A DNA stretch of 64,000 nucleotides. Source: a virus. The position numbers and the translations under genes were made by a program. Of the stretch, positions 18,601 through 29,000 are shown one piece after another (position 1 is the first letter of the stretch; each line of letters opens with the position of its first letter). The DNA lies in the IMG/VR virus record IMGVR_UViG_3300032213_001070, positions 1 to 64,000 of that record, one strand, 5' to 3'. Under the pieces are notes generated by a model that made no database searches, was not told where the DNA came from, and saw only the letters and a program-made list of their open reading frames with translations.

Positions 18601-20988
18601 GAACAAGCAAATGATTTTTTACAAGGTGGTTTTTTTGCTCCCGGGCCTAGACCTGATTTTGATAATACTGAAGTTCCTTTTAGTTTGCCTATTGGTAGTC
18701 ATTATGCGGCTATTAAAGGAAGAGTAAGAAATCAATATGGACAGTTAACAGGTATTAAGCAAATTGTAATAACACCATGTGAACAAAAATTCAATCCATT
18801 AACAATACCGACTTTAGGTCCTTATTCATTAGCAGGATGCACAGGTACGTTTACTTATAAAGTAATTAATCAAAGTCCAATATTATTTAATGGTGATACA
18901 TATGTAAACAGATATACTGAAAAAAACACAATGTGTTTTTATTATGATTGGTTATATGGGCAACCCGATGGTTTTGAATACAACTACTACATAAGACAGC
19001 TTATACCTAATGTAAGATTTAATGTAAATAGCATTAGATATGATGTATCAGATTTAGGAGCATTAATAAACTTTAATAGCCCATCTCTTCCTGGAACAGG
19101 GGGTAATCCAACTGACTTTTATAATTTAGATTATTACAGAAATAGTTCTAGAAAATATAATTATGTTACAGATCAACCACAGGGTATACCAGATACATAC
19201 CCTGGTGTATTCTTTGCAAAAGAATCTAAGTTCTATATAGCAAACTCTTCTGTTAGAGATTTCTTTGTAGAATCAGAAGTACTTATAGACTTTAGAAAAC
19301 AAGGAGACTATGACTGGGAAAAACATTATGATCCTTATAGATTTACTAATTATCAAGTATTCTTTAATGCAGATCCACAAATACTAGGAAGAGGTAATGT
19401 ATATATCTATGACTACTCATTGAGTGTATCTAAGTTATATAATCAGTATTTTTCATCAGGTATAGTACAAAGTAAATACTATGATCCTACAGTTGCTAAG
19501 TTATGTTATACATACTTTCCTGATAGAATTATATACTCTTTACCACAACAGGATGAGTCTATGAAAGATAGTTGGTTTGTATTCTTAGCAAACAACTATA
19601 AAGAATTTAAGTCTCAGATTTCTGGAGTTAAGTCTATAAACAAATCCGGTATCTTTATTACTTTCAAAAATGATAGTCCTTTAATGTATCAGGGTGTTGA
19701 TACTTTACAGACAGATCTAGGTACTAAGATTACTATAGGTGACGGAGGTTTATTTAGTCAACCACAACAGTCAATTACAAATGCTGATAGACCATATGAA
19801 TATGGTTCATCACAAAACAGACTCTCTGTAATTTCATCTCCTGCTGGATTATTTTATACATCTCAAAACCAAGGAAAAATATTTAGTTATTCTGGTGGTT
19901 TAGATGAGATATCTCAAAATGGTATGAAGTGGTGGTTTATTTTGTTTATGCCTTACAAACTTACAGAGGATTTTCCTGACTACCCATGGCAAGACAATCC
20001 AGTAGCTGGAATTGGTATGCAAGCAGTATATGATAACAATAATACTATCTTATACTTTGCTAAGAAAGATTACAAAGTTAAAGAACAATATAAAGATAAA
20101 TTAGAATATGTACCATTAGAAGCTAAAGGAAAAGGTGATTACTTTAGGTTATCAGATCAACCGGCATCAAGATTTTTACTAGGAGATCCAACTGTATTTG
20201 ATAATGCATCATGGACAATGAGCTATGATCCTAAGAATAAGTTCTGGATTAGTTTCCATGACTGGCACCCGGATCTTACAATTCCTACAAAAGATGTGTT
20301 CTTAACTAGTAAGAATAATACTATATGGAAACATAATTTGCTATGTAATGATTACTGTAAGTTCTATGGAGTTAACTATCCATTTGAAATAGAAATTCCA
20401 ATACCTACTGGACAGTCAGTTACAACAGTAAAGTCTATAGAGTATATACTAGAATGCTATAGAAGATCTGCCTTTAACTGTGTAGATCAATTCCATGTAT
20501 TAGACTTTAACTTTGATCATGCTGTTATCTATAATACAGAACAAGTTTCCGGATATCTAAATCTTAATCTATTCCCTAAGAATAATATATCTTTGAGTCT
20601 ACAGTATCCTAAGTTAAATCCTAACCTAGCATCTTATGATGTACTTTATTCTAAAGAAGAACAGAAGTATAGAATAAATCAATTCTGGGATATAACTAGA
20701 GATAGAGCAGAGTTTCCTATTGGGTCTAATTACCCTCCAACGGGACCTCTAATTCCAGGAACTACAATCTTGCAAGGTAATTATGATGATCAATATATTT
20801 GGTTAACTGGTCCTGATGGATATAGCAGAACTCTTAATCCGGCAAATATGGATTATACTAAACCATTATTGCAAAGAAAAAAATTCAGACATTACTTAAA
20901 TTACATAACTTTAAGAAAAGATATTTCTGGAGATGTAAACATGATCTTCAAATTACTTAATACAAAGAATCAGCAATCACCTAGATAA
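15613..20988 (+). CDS. Tail stabilisation/muzzle protein (P22 gp10-like, crAss-type)
   Basis: 1791 aa; N-terminal F.KGLNKD...W.HA.N..N...G..G.LSNE motif, YW.DG.NP, and C-terminal WISFHDW.P. Confidence 0.7.
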   Translation: MAKSNIQNTTDNQTKSFVKGLNKDSEPSYITDGMWTHAVNAMNNTAEGDVGTLSNENSNFLCATAGDTMPAIITHKYIVGAIQIFSDKWAIFTAGHNAQGQPVMSEVGLFEEDVCRYRPIVQDICLRFDKRYLISGSAREKEDCTWQVYWADGNNPDRYLNIGDPKTWPGPDYSWLGGGASSMNYYSNGTVIDFLWPGVAWNEVAQTVNNCTTFIKQNSLDCDQTRLARLMKTPCLKLTRGQQGGTMANGTYFAVIAYTIKGQKVTDYFAPSNNQFLFTPNDLESSLTLEVSADFENFDEFVLVMVQNINQGTVAKQIGFYSTRTSVIALDQIDPSLVTIPIEQLPIQTPVFEKSDQMTDVNNYLLRVGPTSKFDFNYQPLANLIRAKWASVEYPADYYMNGGSNTNYLRDEVYAFFIRWVYDTGDKSASYHIPGRAPNPTGFTIPGTSTVVAETQDINVANALATDDRAFEVYNTAYSTASIYTGTTLADGGVVIGAGDMGYWESTEVYPDDRPDIWNSSYYCWTTPAGQSPQHDLCGQPIRHHKFPENFLNNSSSTVTTHFRNNANPSTIGNDYFIRLMGVYFENIILPKDQDGNDIPGIVGYEILRGSREGNKTIVAKGMLNNFRTYDIKGSAAKGRTGLYANYPFNTIEPIGPNAGDMVGVDDPYFHNMAQSIPTDIISFHSPDTMFRTPFLNTTELKLYGNLFGYSTQQFIEPDKHPKFKLLGDAALFPMFLLGIAEAIISATGKRTYDLPAIAPASGVSDAFGAVPAAYVTAATALGLPVTGPLAIYNTFLDTYYASGVALADAGLAIIGAPTAAGLAEAALVNALNVSAIAQVNAPIVQTGTIEFPKYAYLPTPLRALGAVNQLIFYFSEGASVVLDLMYALGPYRQYALQQIAHGFYSSINRNAVNDLFRFKIEESFYMRDNIQEVSRYQDAISGLYKSYSINNLKRPDSVVIRTKTGPYFAPAYPNGINIGPSLLNTDKSLVTLGTVEQANDFLQGGFFAPGPRPDFDNTEVPFSLPIGSHYAAIKGRVRNQYGQLTGIKQIVITPCEQKFNPLTIPTLGPYSLAGCTGTFTYKVINQSPILFNGDTYVNRYTEKNTMCFYYDWLYGQPDGFEYNYYIRQLIPNVRFNVNSIRYDVSDLGALINFNSPSLPGTGGNPTDFYNLDYYRNSSRKYNYVTDQPQGIPDTYPGVFFAKESKFYIANSSVRDFFVESEVLIDFRKQGDYDWEKHYDPYRFTNYQVFFNADPQILGRGNVYIYDYSLSVSKLYNQYFSSGIVQSKYYDPTVAKLCYTYFPDRIIYSLPQQDESMKDSWFVFLANNYKEFKSQISGVKSINKSGIFITFKNDSPLMYQGVDTLQTDLGTKITIGDGGLFSQPQQSITNADRPYEYGSSQNRLSVISSPAGLFYTSQNQGKIFSYSGGLDEISQNGMKWWFILFMPYKLTEDFPDYPWQDNPVAGIGMQAVYDNNNTILYFAKKDYKVKEQYKDKLEYVPLEAKGKGDYFRLSDQPASRFLLGDPTVFDNASWTMSYDPKNKFWISFHDWHPDLTIPTKDVFLTSKNNTIWKHNLLCNDYCKFYGVNYPFEIEIPIPTGQSVTTVKSIEYILECYRRSAFNCVDQFHVLDFNFDHAVIYNTEQVSGYLNLNLFPKNNISLSLQYPKLNPNLASYDVLYSKEEQKYRINQFWDITRDRAEFPIGSNYPPTGPLIPGTTILQGNYDDQYIWLTGPDGYSRTLNPANMDYTKPLLQRKKFRHYLNYITLRKDISGDVNMIFKLLNTKNQQSPR

Positions 20989-23243
20989 TGTTTAATAAAA
21001 AAGTTTTACAACAAGCAGTTAAGGATTTAGATAAGGCTAAGAAACCAGCTAAGTCAAAAGATATTATTGTAGACCCTAGAGGTCAATGGGCTTTCCCGGG
21101 AGAAGTAACTAGAATACCTTCTAATACAATTACTATGGAAGGAGTAGATTATCCTGTACTTGGTATACCCAATTATGGAGAACCAAAGATAATGATGCCG
21201 GGACAGTACTATGAGTTTCCAGAAGCTGACTATGTTGATGAGTATCCTGAGTTTGCTGAAGGCGGTAGTGCAGGATGCCCTAAAGGATTTTATTATAATG
21301 GAAAAGAATGTGTTAAAAGTTTTGTTCCTGTAGCAAAACAAACACCAAAAGCAAAATCAGTTACAAAAAATAAAAAAGAACAAGAATTACTTGATTACGG
21401 TAAAAAAACTTTACCTAATAAAAAAGTTACAAGTAAACCTATTGACAATATACCTTTTTATGGTGATATTAGTAATGCTGTGCAACCTGATGATTTAATA
21501 GAAAATATAGTAGAAGTTGCAGACCCTACTGGAGTTTTTTCTTGGGATGATGCTTATAGAGCAAAAACAGCATGGGATAAATCAGGTTCTAAATATCCTA
21601 GTGCAAATCAAGTTTTAGATATGTTTGGAGCCGTTCCAGGCTTAGGTAAATTAGGAAAACTAAAGTATTTAAAAAATGCAAGTGCTATAAAAAATTCTAT
21701 GAAATATGTAGCACCTGCATTTGGAGTTATTCCTTGGCAACAAATAGTAAACGCAGTTGATACAGGTCAAGATATTAATCAAGACAATATTAAATTTCAA
21801 GATGGTGGAGAATATGTAGAACTAGATCTTACTCCAGAAGAAATACAAGAGTATGCTAAAGGAGGTTACATTGTAGAAGATATCTCTGTACCTTTATTAA
21901 CAAAAGCACAAAGAGGTTTATTTAAGAAAAAAGATAAACAAGACCCAAACAAGTTAGAATATAGAGAACCTGTAAAAGTAGAAGATGATCTTGTAGAATC
22001 AGTAACTCCTTTTCCAGAGGCTCCTGAAGATTTTAAAAAAGGTGTAGCTAACTTAAAAGAAGTAGAAGCAGGTCCTTATTGGCTTGGTATATCAAGAGAA
22101 TATTCTGGTAAACATAATAAACAAGCATATATAGATAAAAAGAAAAGACAATATCTTAGAAATACCAATAGAGGTTTAGCAAAAGCTGCTGGGCTTAATA
22201 TGGAAAATTTTCCTAAAGATGTAGAAAAGAACTTTATCAATGAATACAACTACAAGAGAAATAACTATGTAGTAAAGAATCTTTTTAAAAATGCAGGTGT
22301 ATCACCTAATAAGAGAGAAGAATGGGTTGATACAATAAATTCAGATAATAATGCAGATGTAAGAGCATTAATTAAAAATTCTAAATATGGTAATAAACTT
22401 AAACCAAGTATTTGGGCTAGAACCTTAGCAGGTCTTGGTACAATGGCTTCTAAGTTTAGTCCAGAGATTGCTGATGCAATGGAGCGGGGTGATTTACCTG
22501 GTTTAACTAGAGAAGAACAAAGAGCTATTAAAAATGCAAATATTAAAGGCATTCCTGTAGGAGGCATAGAAGCATTAGCAGGAGCAGACGCAGTTGGTGT
22601 AGCACTGGCTAATGCAGTAGAAGCATCTGGTAATGAATCATACGGAGGTGATTATAAAAAAGCACCCGGATTATTATCAGGAGATGTAATGCCAAAGATT
22701 ACTGATGATCAGATAGCTGTATTAAATCCGTCTACATATACTGTTGGTTATGATTTGGCTCCTGTAGGAAAAGGTCTTTTAAAAGGTGTAACTAAAATTG
22801 GTAAAGCAAGTGTTAAAGCTGGAAAAGCCGGTATTAAATCAGGTAAGAAATTTGGAAAAAGTATATCTGAAATAGATTTAAAACCTGCTATGGGAAAGTT
22901 ACAAGCTCATTTTGACAGACCTCCCGGACCACTTATGCTTGGTATGTCTAAAGGTGCTATCTTTGATAAAGAAATTAAGAACCCTGATTACTTTACTGAT
23001 TTAATGAAGATTAATAAATATAGTCCAAAGCAAAAGAAGTATTATGAAGGGCTTGTTAACTCAGTTAAGAAGCAAGGTAACATGGCTAGTCAAAAACAAT
23101 ATGATGAACTTCAAAGGCTTAAAACTGGAGATACTAATTATGGTAAAAAAGGTTATGCAAAAGGAGGAATTGTATCTGATTTATCCAGAAAAGAAATTGA
23201 TAAGCTTGTAGCTCAAGGTTATATAGTAGAAACTGTGGACTAA
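20988..23243 (+). CDS. Probable internal cargo protein, modular, with xxxGG motifs
   Basis: 751 aa; N-terminal DPRGQW.FPG..T.IPSN.ITM.GV.YP domain; FAEGG, FQDGG, YAKGG motifs. Confidence 0.6.
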   Translation: MFNKKVLQQAVKDLDKAKKPAKSKDIIVDPRGQWAFPGEVTRIPSNTITMEGVDYPVLGIPNYGEPKIMMPGQYYEFPEADYVDEYPEFAEGGSAGCPKGFYYNGKECVKSFVPVAKQTPKAKSVTKNKKEQELLDYGKKTLPNKKVTSKPIDNIPFYGDISNAVQPDDLIENIVEVADPTGVFSWDDAYRAKTAWDKSGSKYPSANQVLDMFGAVPGLGKLGKLKYLKNASAIKNSMKYVAPAFGVIPWQQIVNAVDTGQDINQDNIKFQDGGEYVELDLTPEEIQEYAKGGYIVEDISVPLLTKAQRGLFKKKDKQDPNKLEYREPVKVEDDLVESVTPFPEAPEDFKKGVANLKEVEAGPYWLGISREYSGKHNKQAYIDKKKRQYLRNTNRGLAKAAGLNMENFPKDVEKNFINEYNYKRNNYVVKNLFKNAGVSPNKREEWVDTINSDNNADVRALIKNSKYGNKLKPSIWARTLAGLGTMASKFSPEIADAMERGDLPGLTREEQRAIKNANIKGIPVGGIEALAGADAVGVALANAVEASGNESYGGDYKKAPGLLSGDVMPKITDDQIAVLNPSTYTVGYDLAPVGKGLLKGVTKIGKASVKAGKAGIKSGKKFGKSISEIDLKPAMGKLQAHFDRPPGPLMLGMSKGAIFDKEIKNPDYFTDLMKINKYSPKQKKYYEGLVNSVKKQGNMASQKQYDELQRLKTGDTNYGKKGYAKGGIVSDLSRKEIDKLVAQGYIVETVD

Positions 23244-23257
23244 ACTTTATAAGTTTA
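23241..23257 (+). promoter_or_regulatory. Palindromic operator-like site
   Basis: TAAACTT-TAT-AAGTTTA; a 16/17 identical copy lies at 29121-29137. Confidence 0.45.
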
Positions 23258-23300
23258 CCCATTAAATTAAAAATTAGTATATTTAATTATAAACACAATT

Positions 23301-26054
23301 ATGGCAAAAGTAAGAATACGCAAAGCCGGTCCAGGAGAGAAACCTGGATATTATAATAAAACAGCAATGTTCTTGAAAAAGGCACAGGACGGAATGCAAG
23401 TAGAATCATATGCTCCTACTAGCCAAGAAGAAATGCTCCAAGCTTATTATATGTATGCATATGGTCAACTAGTTAATGATGTTGAACCAGATAATGTGTA
23501 TAATGAATTAGTTGACAAAGGTCTACCGCAACAAATTGCAGTTAGACTTATTGACTCTCTCATGGATAGATTAACAGAAGAAGGAGAAATCAGTCCAGAG
23601 TATAAACAAAACAAAGAGGCACAAGCACAAGCAGAAGCAAAACAAGAACAACCTGCAGAAGAGACATCAGAAGAAGAAACACCTGCAGAAGCAGAAGATG
23701 AGTCTATGTATGAAGAAGATCAAGAGATGGCTGACTTAGAAGAAGGCTATGCTGATGATAGATCATACATGCAAGATGGAGGTGAGCAAGAGGAAGAAGA
23801 TGTTGAATATAGTGAAGATGGTGCATCAGCTGTAATAGATCAGTATGATGAAGTAAAGCAAGGATCACAAGATGAAGTTACAAACATTGATGAGTTGATT
23901 GCAAATACTCCAGGTATACAACCTGGTTTAAACTTTCCTGGTTTAGCAGAATATGTTCCAGATTATCAAGAGATAGAGTGGCAACCAATTGATGCTTTAG
24001 AAACTTCTCAAGCTGAAGTACCGCAAGAAATGAAGCATGGTGGTGCTCATAATAAAAGAAACTTTGTAAAAAATGTAATGTCTCTTCTAAAAAAACAAGA
24101 TGGTGGTGAAGGAGAAGAGGAGCAAAAAGAAGATAAATCATTAGGCAAAGGTAATCCTATGGATACTATAACTGATGATGTAAAAAAACATAAGAACAAT
24201 TTCCTAGATGCTATTAAGACTAAAGCTACTAAAGTTAAGACAGAAGAGATGTATGATAAGATGATGAAGTCAAATGACCCATCATTACAGCAAATGGCAA
24301 TGCAAGGAGAACAGCCTGAAGAACAACCATATCAAATGGGTGGAATGACAGGTGGTGAAGATCCATTATACAAATTTTTTGGTGGTGGTGAAGAAGATCC
24401 TGATTACTATGAAGCAGACTTTTTACCAGAAGCTCAGTATGGAGCTAATGTTCCAAATGCAACTGAGATTAATGACTATATTAAAAAAGTCATTGAACAA
24501 AATAAAAAAAATAACAAGGGTAATAAATCAACAGTAGTACCTAAGGCTACAATTAAATATGTACCTAGATATCATACTGGACCTGGATCATTCCGTAATG
24601 TTATGCTACCTTGGAATCCTATATTTGGTAACAGATATATGTTACAAGGTAGTCCGTACATGTTAGGATCACGTATGCCATATATGGATCCATTAACTGG
24701 AATGAAACCTGTTGCTAGACACGTCAGCAAAAGAGGAATCTTAGGTAGACCAAAACAATGGACAGATATATACTCTGTAGATGCTATGGGTAAATTACCT
24801 AATATGGATCCTAGTGTATTTAAATATTTAGGATTATCTAATAACTCAACTCCTAATAAGGTTTTACCAACAAGTGGTAGGTCAGATACTTCAGGACTTA
24901 CTCTTCCTTCTAAAACAGCTATAAAAGCTGGTGAAAGAGAAATGGCTAGAAATGCTAGAAGATTAGCTAGAAATCCAGAGTTACTTGAAGTTGGACCTCC
25001 TGCAGCTAAAACAGTTCCTGATAACTCTGAGACAGAAAAATTCTTACATCAAAGAAAACAACAAGGATATGTTTTAGATGAGAATGGTAACTGGATAAAG
25101 ATAGGTACTCCAAAAATGGAAATCAGAAAACCAGAGAGAGAATCTAAACTAGCAGGAGTTGATAGAATTAATTATGAGAAAACAATTAGAGAATCTGGTT
25201 CTAGAGCTGATCAGGAAAGACCAATTGGTAATAGAGCATATGAGGAAAGAAACAGAAGAATATCTCCTTCAAAAGAAAAACTGAATGAGCTCTATAGTAG
25301 AGATGTAATGGAAGAGCAAAGATATGGAGGAATACATAGATTTATCCCAAAAGCAAATAATGGTTTAACTATTAATAATCCTAATCTTCCACAGCCAGGT
25401 CCAGCTAATCCTGATCTTGCTGTAGGAAATCAAGCAGGAATGTTAACTATGCAACCACAACAACAAGCATGGTCATCATTAACACCTAATGTACCACAAC
25501 AACAATCTAATCAACCTATATCATTACCAACCAGAAGTTCTAAAGAAGTTGGTCAACAATTAATGGACAGTAGTAAAAAGAAACTAGAAGGTGAAGCTGA
25601 CATGGATCCTAAAGGTAACTTAGTAGGAGTTGACTATAAAAGAAAACGTAACTTTGATGGTGAAGCAGCAGTAAACATATTTAATGCAGGTATGAGAGGT
25701 GTAACAGGATTCTTAAATAGAAGAGATGATAAGAGAAAAGAAGCACAAATGTATGATAATATGACATCTGACAATCTTTATGCAGCACAAGCTACTAAAC
25801 ACCGTGGTGACTGGGTAGACTTAGGTTCTCAAATGGGTCAATTCCGTTTTGATCAAATGGGTCAAGACAGAAGCGGTTTCTCATCATATGGTAAATATGG
25901 TGGTTACATGCAGGATGGTGGAGAAATGGACTATGCTCCTGAAGAAGATTACCAAGATTTTACACCTAGTTATGAAGAGGGTGATGAAGTTTATATGACT
26001 GAGGATGACATTCAACAATTTATGGCCAATGGTGGTCAAATAGAATATATATAA
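23301..26054 (+). CDS. Probable internal cargo protein, acidic/low-complexity, many xxxGG motifs
   Basis: 917 aa; no Cys seen; Glu-rich tracts. Confidence 0.6.
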   Translation: MAKVRIRKAGPGEKPGYYNKTAMFLKKAQDGMQVESYAPTSQEEMLQAYYMYAYGQLVNDVEPDNVYNELVDKGLPQQIAVRLIDSLMDRLTEEGEISPEYKQNKEAQAQAEAKQEQPAEETSEEETPAEAEDESMYEEDQEMADLEEGYADDRSYMQDGGEQEEEDVEYSEDGASAVIDQYDEVKQGSQDEVTNIDELIANTPGIQPGLNFPGLAEYVPDYQEIEWQPIDALETSQAEVPQEMKHGGAHNKRNFVKNVMSLLKKQDGGEGEEEQKEDKSLGKGNPMDTITDDVKKHKNNFLDAIKTKATKVKTEEMYDKMMKSNDPSLQQMAMQGEQPEEQPYQMGGMTGGEDPLYKFFGGGEEDPDYYEADFLPEAQYGANVPNATEINDYIKKVIEQNKKNNKGNKSTVVPKATIKYVPRYHTGPGSFRNVMLPWNPIFGNRYMLQGSPYMLGSRMPYMDPLTGMKPVARHVSKRGILGRPKQWTDIYSVDAMGKLPNMDPSVFKYLGLSNNSTPNKVLPTSGRSDTSGLTLPSKTAIKAGEREMARNARRLARNPELLEVGPPAAKTVPDNSETEKFLHQRKQQGYVLDENGNWIKIGTPKMEIRKPERESKLAGVDRINYEKTIRESGSRADQERPIGNRAYEERNRRISPSKEKLNELYSRDVMEEQRYGGIHRFIPKANNGLTINNPNLPQPGPANPDLAVGNQAGMLTMQPQQQAWSSLTPNVPQQQSNQPISLPTRSSKEVGQQLMDSSKKKLEGEADMDPKGNLVGVDYKRKRNFDGEAAVNIFNAGMRGVTGFLNRRDDKRKEAQMYDNMTSDNLYAAQATKHRGDWVDLGSQMGQFRFDQMGQDRSGFSSYGKYGGYMQDGGEMDYAPEEDYQDFTPSYEEGDEVYMTEDDIQQFMANGGQIEYI

Positions 26055-26063
26055 TTTTATATT

Positions 26064-29000
26064 ATGTTAAGAAGAGTAAGAATTAAAAAGCTACCCCAAG
26101 CTAAAACAGGATACCAAGTAAGAGGATCATTATATAATGATGTACCTTCTATGGGTGGTGGCGCAGACTATAATGCATATATAGGTGAACCACATTTAAA
26201 AGCTAGTAAATATATTACTGCTGTTCCTAGAGAAGAAGCTAACTTAGAAGCAGAAGGTGGTGAAACTGTATTTGGTGATATCAATGGAGATGGTATGCCA
26301 GAACATAAAACTATCAAAGGCCCTAGACACTCTGAAGGCGGAGTACCTTTAAAACTTCCTGATGATAGTTTTATTTTCAGTGATACTAAGTCAATGAAAA
26401 TGAAAGAACCAAACTTCCTTGCTATGTTTGGTAAAAAAACCGGATCATATACACCAGCAGAACTTGCTAAACAGTATGATGTAGAAAGATATAGAAAGAT
26501 ACTACAGGATCCTAATTCAGATATGTTAGATAAAAAGACAGCTGAATTAATGTTAAAAAACTATACACTTAAGTTAGGAGCTTTAGCATTAGCACAAGAA
26601 AGCAAGAAAGGATTCCCGCAGGGTATACCGGCAGTAGCTAGACCATATATGGAAGCTATGGGTATTAAAGATGAAGATGTATTACCTGATCAACAAATTA
26701 CTTCTACTATTAAGGAATTAGATCAACAACAAAAGAATAATCAAAGAAGTGCTGCTACTATGGCTTCACCTACTGAAGAACAAGATGAAGAGTATGGTGA
26801 TGAAGCTGAAGAAGCACAAATGATGAATAGTGATAGACCTGTTGCAACACCAGAACCTATGGAAGATGAAGCTGCAGGAATGACACCAGAAGAAGCTGAA
26901 ATGCAGTTTGGTGGCATGTTATCATCTGATAGAGCATTTGCTTTCCAAAATGGTGGATGGCTTCCAGAAGAAGTTGCAGTATTTACAGGTACTGTACCTT
27001 ATGCTGAATATGGTATGGCTATGGGGGTTAATCCTCAAAACTATGAAGGTAGAAAAAAACATATCCATGGAGCAACAAGATTTTTCCAAAATGGAGGTAA
27101 CTTACCAAAAGCTCAAGGAGGAATAGAAGTTGATATAACTGGTATGACACCTCAACAAAGAGATAAAGCCTTAGATGAAGCAAGAACTAAAAATCCAGGT
27201 AAAGAAATCAATGTTATTGAAAATGGTAAAAAGAAATCAGCTAAGTATAAAAAGTTAAAAGCACAAGAGCTTACAGATATAGAAGGAGTGGATATGAAGA
27301 CATTTGGAAATACTCCAAACTCTGTAGCTGCTGCTGCTCAATATAAACTTCTTGAGAAGAACTTAAAAGATCCTAAAGTAATGAACAAGCTTTATGAAGA
27401 AACAATAAGTTCATTAAAAGATAAAAGATCTTATGTGGGTAAAGATGGTGTACAAGGAAAAACTTGGGAAGAAAGAGGAAATGCTTTACCATCTCCTGCA
27501 GAAGTAAGAGATCAGTTCTTAACACATCAGAAAAGAAACTTATCATTCCGTGGACAAAATATAGATCCTAACTTATTTACAGATACTGGTGCAGGATTAG
27601 CTCCTGCTGCAGAACTTATAAAAAGAGGTGCTATTAATCCTAAGACTGGTAAAAAAATTACTAATGAAGAAGAAGCAAAAGAAGCTAAAGAACATATGCG
27701 TCAAACATATGGTGGTGGAAGAAAAGGTTATACTAAAGATGGTGAAATAATTGATGTTTCTATAGATGAGGTATCAGGTAAGATTGGTATACCATTAGAG
27801 AAAGATGAAAAATCAAGAGCCTTGCAACAAGCTACTTTCCATGGTTATACACATATGGCAGAGAATAAAGGTAATTATGATGCAGATACTCAATATGCAC
27901 TTAAGAACTTTATTCCAGAATCATTACAAGCTGGAGTGGGAGATGAGATAAGTATGGGTAAAGGTTTGTTTAAAAATAAAGGTGTACAGATATCTCCTAT
28001 TGATGACTTTTATAAACTTGATGATGAAGAATATAAATCTAAAGCTGGTAACACTACATTAGGTCACTTAGCAGGTGCTGGTCTTGAAGAGTATACTTTT
28101 GAAGATATAAATGAAGGACCTTGTGAATGTGAAGATGGGTCTAAACCACAACGTAAAGAAGATGGTACATGTCCATGTGAAACTAAACCTAAAGGTGAAA
28201 AACCATGCCCATGTGAAAAATCTGATGGTACAAAAATTGATGTTGGTGTTAATCCTAATACTGGAGAATGTAATCCATGTGTAGAAGAACAACCCGTTGA
28301 TATTGAACAACCAGCTGAATGGTGGTTACAAGATACTATTAAAACTGCCGGAGCATTTGGAGATTTAATGAGTATTAAGAAACATATGCCTTGGGCACCA
28401 AGAGTTGATCTTGAAACACCAAGACCTACATTCTTAGATCCTACTAGAGAGTTAGCTGCTAATGCTGAACAAGCAAATATTCAGACACAGGCTGCTGCAC
28501 AATTTGCAGGACCTCAAGCATTATCCGCAAGAGCATCTAGTATTCAAGGTACTGCTGCTAAAAATGCCGCAGATGTATTATCTAAATATAACAATGCTAA
28601 TGTTAATATAGCAAATCAGTTTGAGACACAAGCAACTAATATCCGGAATCAAGAACAGATGATGAATCAAGCTGGTACTCAAAGACTGTATGATCAAAAC
28701 ACAGTAGCTAATCAGCAGTTTGATAATGCTAAGCTTGCTATGAGAAGTAACTTGAGAAATCAGTATACTAATGCTATTACTAATAGAGCTAAGACAGCTG
28801 CTCTTAATGATCTGTATCCTCAGTATGCGGTTAGCCCGGCTACCGGTGGATTTAATAGATTCCAGAATCCAAAAGATTTTACTGGAGAAAAAACCAGTAC
28901 TACTAAAACATATGATGAATGGCTTAAGTATTATATAGACCAAGGTAACACACCTGAACAAGCTTCTACAAATGCAAAGAATGCAGTAAATACTCAAGCT

